From NCBI RefSeq assembly GCF_044324785.1, contig NZ_CP172127.1: DNA of 64,000 nt. One strand, 5' to 3'. The position numbers and the translations under genes were made by a program. This document shows, in pieces, positions 63,358-64,000 of the stretch (its first letter is position 1; each line of letters starts with the position of its first letter). The DNA is from Escherichia coli (GTDB lineage Bacteria > Pseudomonadota > Gammaproteobacteria > Enterobacterales > Enterobacteriaceae). The notes beneath the pieces were generated by a model that saw nothing but the letters and a program-made list of their open reading frames with translations, did not search any database and was not told the DNA's origin.

Positions 63358-64000
63358 TGAAGAAAATTGGCGTAATTCTGAGCGGATGCGGCGTCTATGA
63401 CGGTTCTGAAATTCATGAAGCGGTGTTGACGTTGTTAGCTATTTCACGCAGCGGTGCACAGGCGGTCTGCTTTGCACCGGATAAACAGCAGGTTGATGTT
63501 ATCAACCATTTAACTGGCGAAGCGATGACGGAAACGCGCAATGTGCTGATTGAAGCGGCACGAATAACGCGCGGTGAAATCCGTCCTCTGGCCCAGGCTG
63601 ATGCTGCTGAACTGGATGCGTTGATTGTGCCGGGGGGTTTTGGCGCGGCAAAGAATTTAAGCAATTTTGCCAGTCTTGGTAGCGAATGCACCGTTGACCG
63701 TGAATTAAAGGCGCTGGCACAAGCGATGCATCAGGCCGGAAAACCGCTTGGTTTTATGTGTATTGCCCCGGCGATGCTGCCGAAAATTTTCGATTTCCCG
63801 CTGCGTTTGACCATCGGTACTGATATTGATACCGCAGAAGTGCTGGAAGAGATGGGCGCGGAGCATGTGCCGTGTCCTGTCGATGATATCGTGGTTGATG
63901 AAGACAATAAGATTGTCACCACCCCGGCATATATGCTGGCGCAGAACATTGCAGAAGCGGCGAGCGGCATTGATAAGCTGGTTTCCCGCGTGCTGGTCCT
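63358..64000 (+). CDS. elbB: DJ-1/PfpI-family protein ElbB, 5' portion (runs off the right edge)
   Basis: Open frame from ATG 63358 (AAAGGA RBS) to the window end, MKKIGVILSGCGVYDGSEIHEAVL...; absent from the ORF track because it has no stop. Confidence 0.85.

Overview
The window reads as Escherichia coli (or a very close relative) chromosome, reverse-complemented relative to the K-12 map. It is mostly conserved core genes in K-12 order: accC-accB, acuI, csrD, mreBCD, yhdE(maf), rng, yhdP, tldD, aaeR/aaeXAB, yhcO, yhcN, argR, mdh, degS, degQ, yhcB, zapE, rplM-rpsI, sspAB, dcuD, nanR/nanATEK-nanQ, the yhcF-E-D-A chaperone-usher genes, gltF-gltD-gltB, yhcC, arcB, the ArcZ sRNA and the start of elbB. 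Three places depart from the K-12 layout as I remember it. (1) The leftmost ~7.9 kb is a partly AT-rich carbohydrate locus (DeoR regulator, two PfkB kinases, GatY-like aldolase, sugar ABC transporter, mutarotase-like gene) converging on accC where K-12 has yhdT-panF; this is the best candidate for an undescribed system. (2) An unassigned 276-aa gene sits between acuI and accB. (3) yhcG is reduced to a frameshifted stub next to an AT-rich orphan ORF, while yhcE is intact with no IS5. No rRNA, tRNA, CRISPR array, IS element or prophage gene was recognised. All identifications come from reading the translated ORFs and from recall of E. coli proteins; no database search or computation was run, and non-ORF coordinates are approximate to a few bases.
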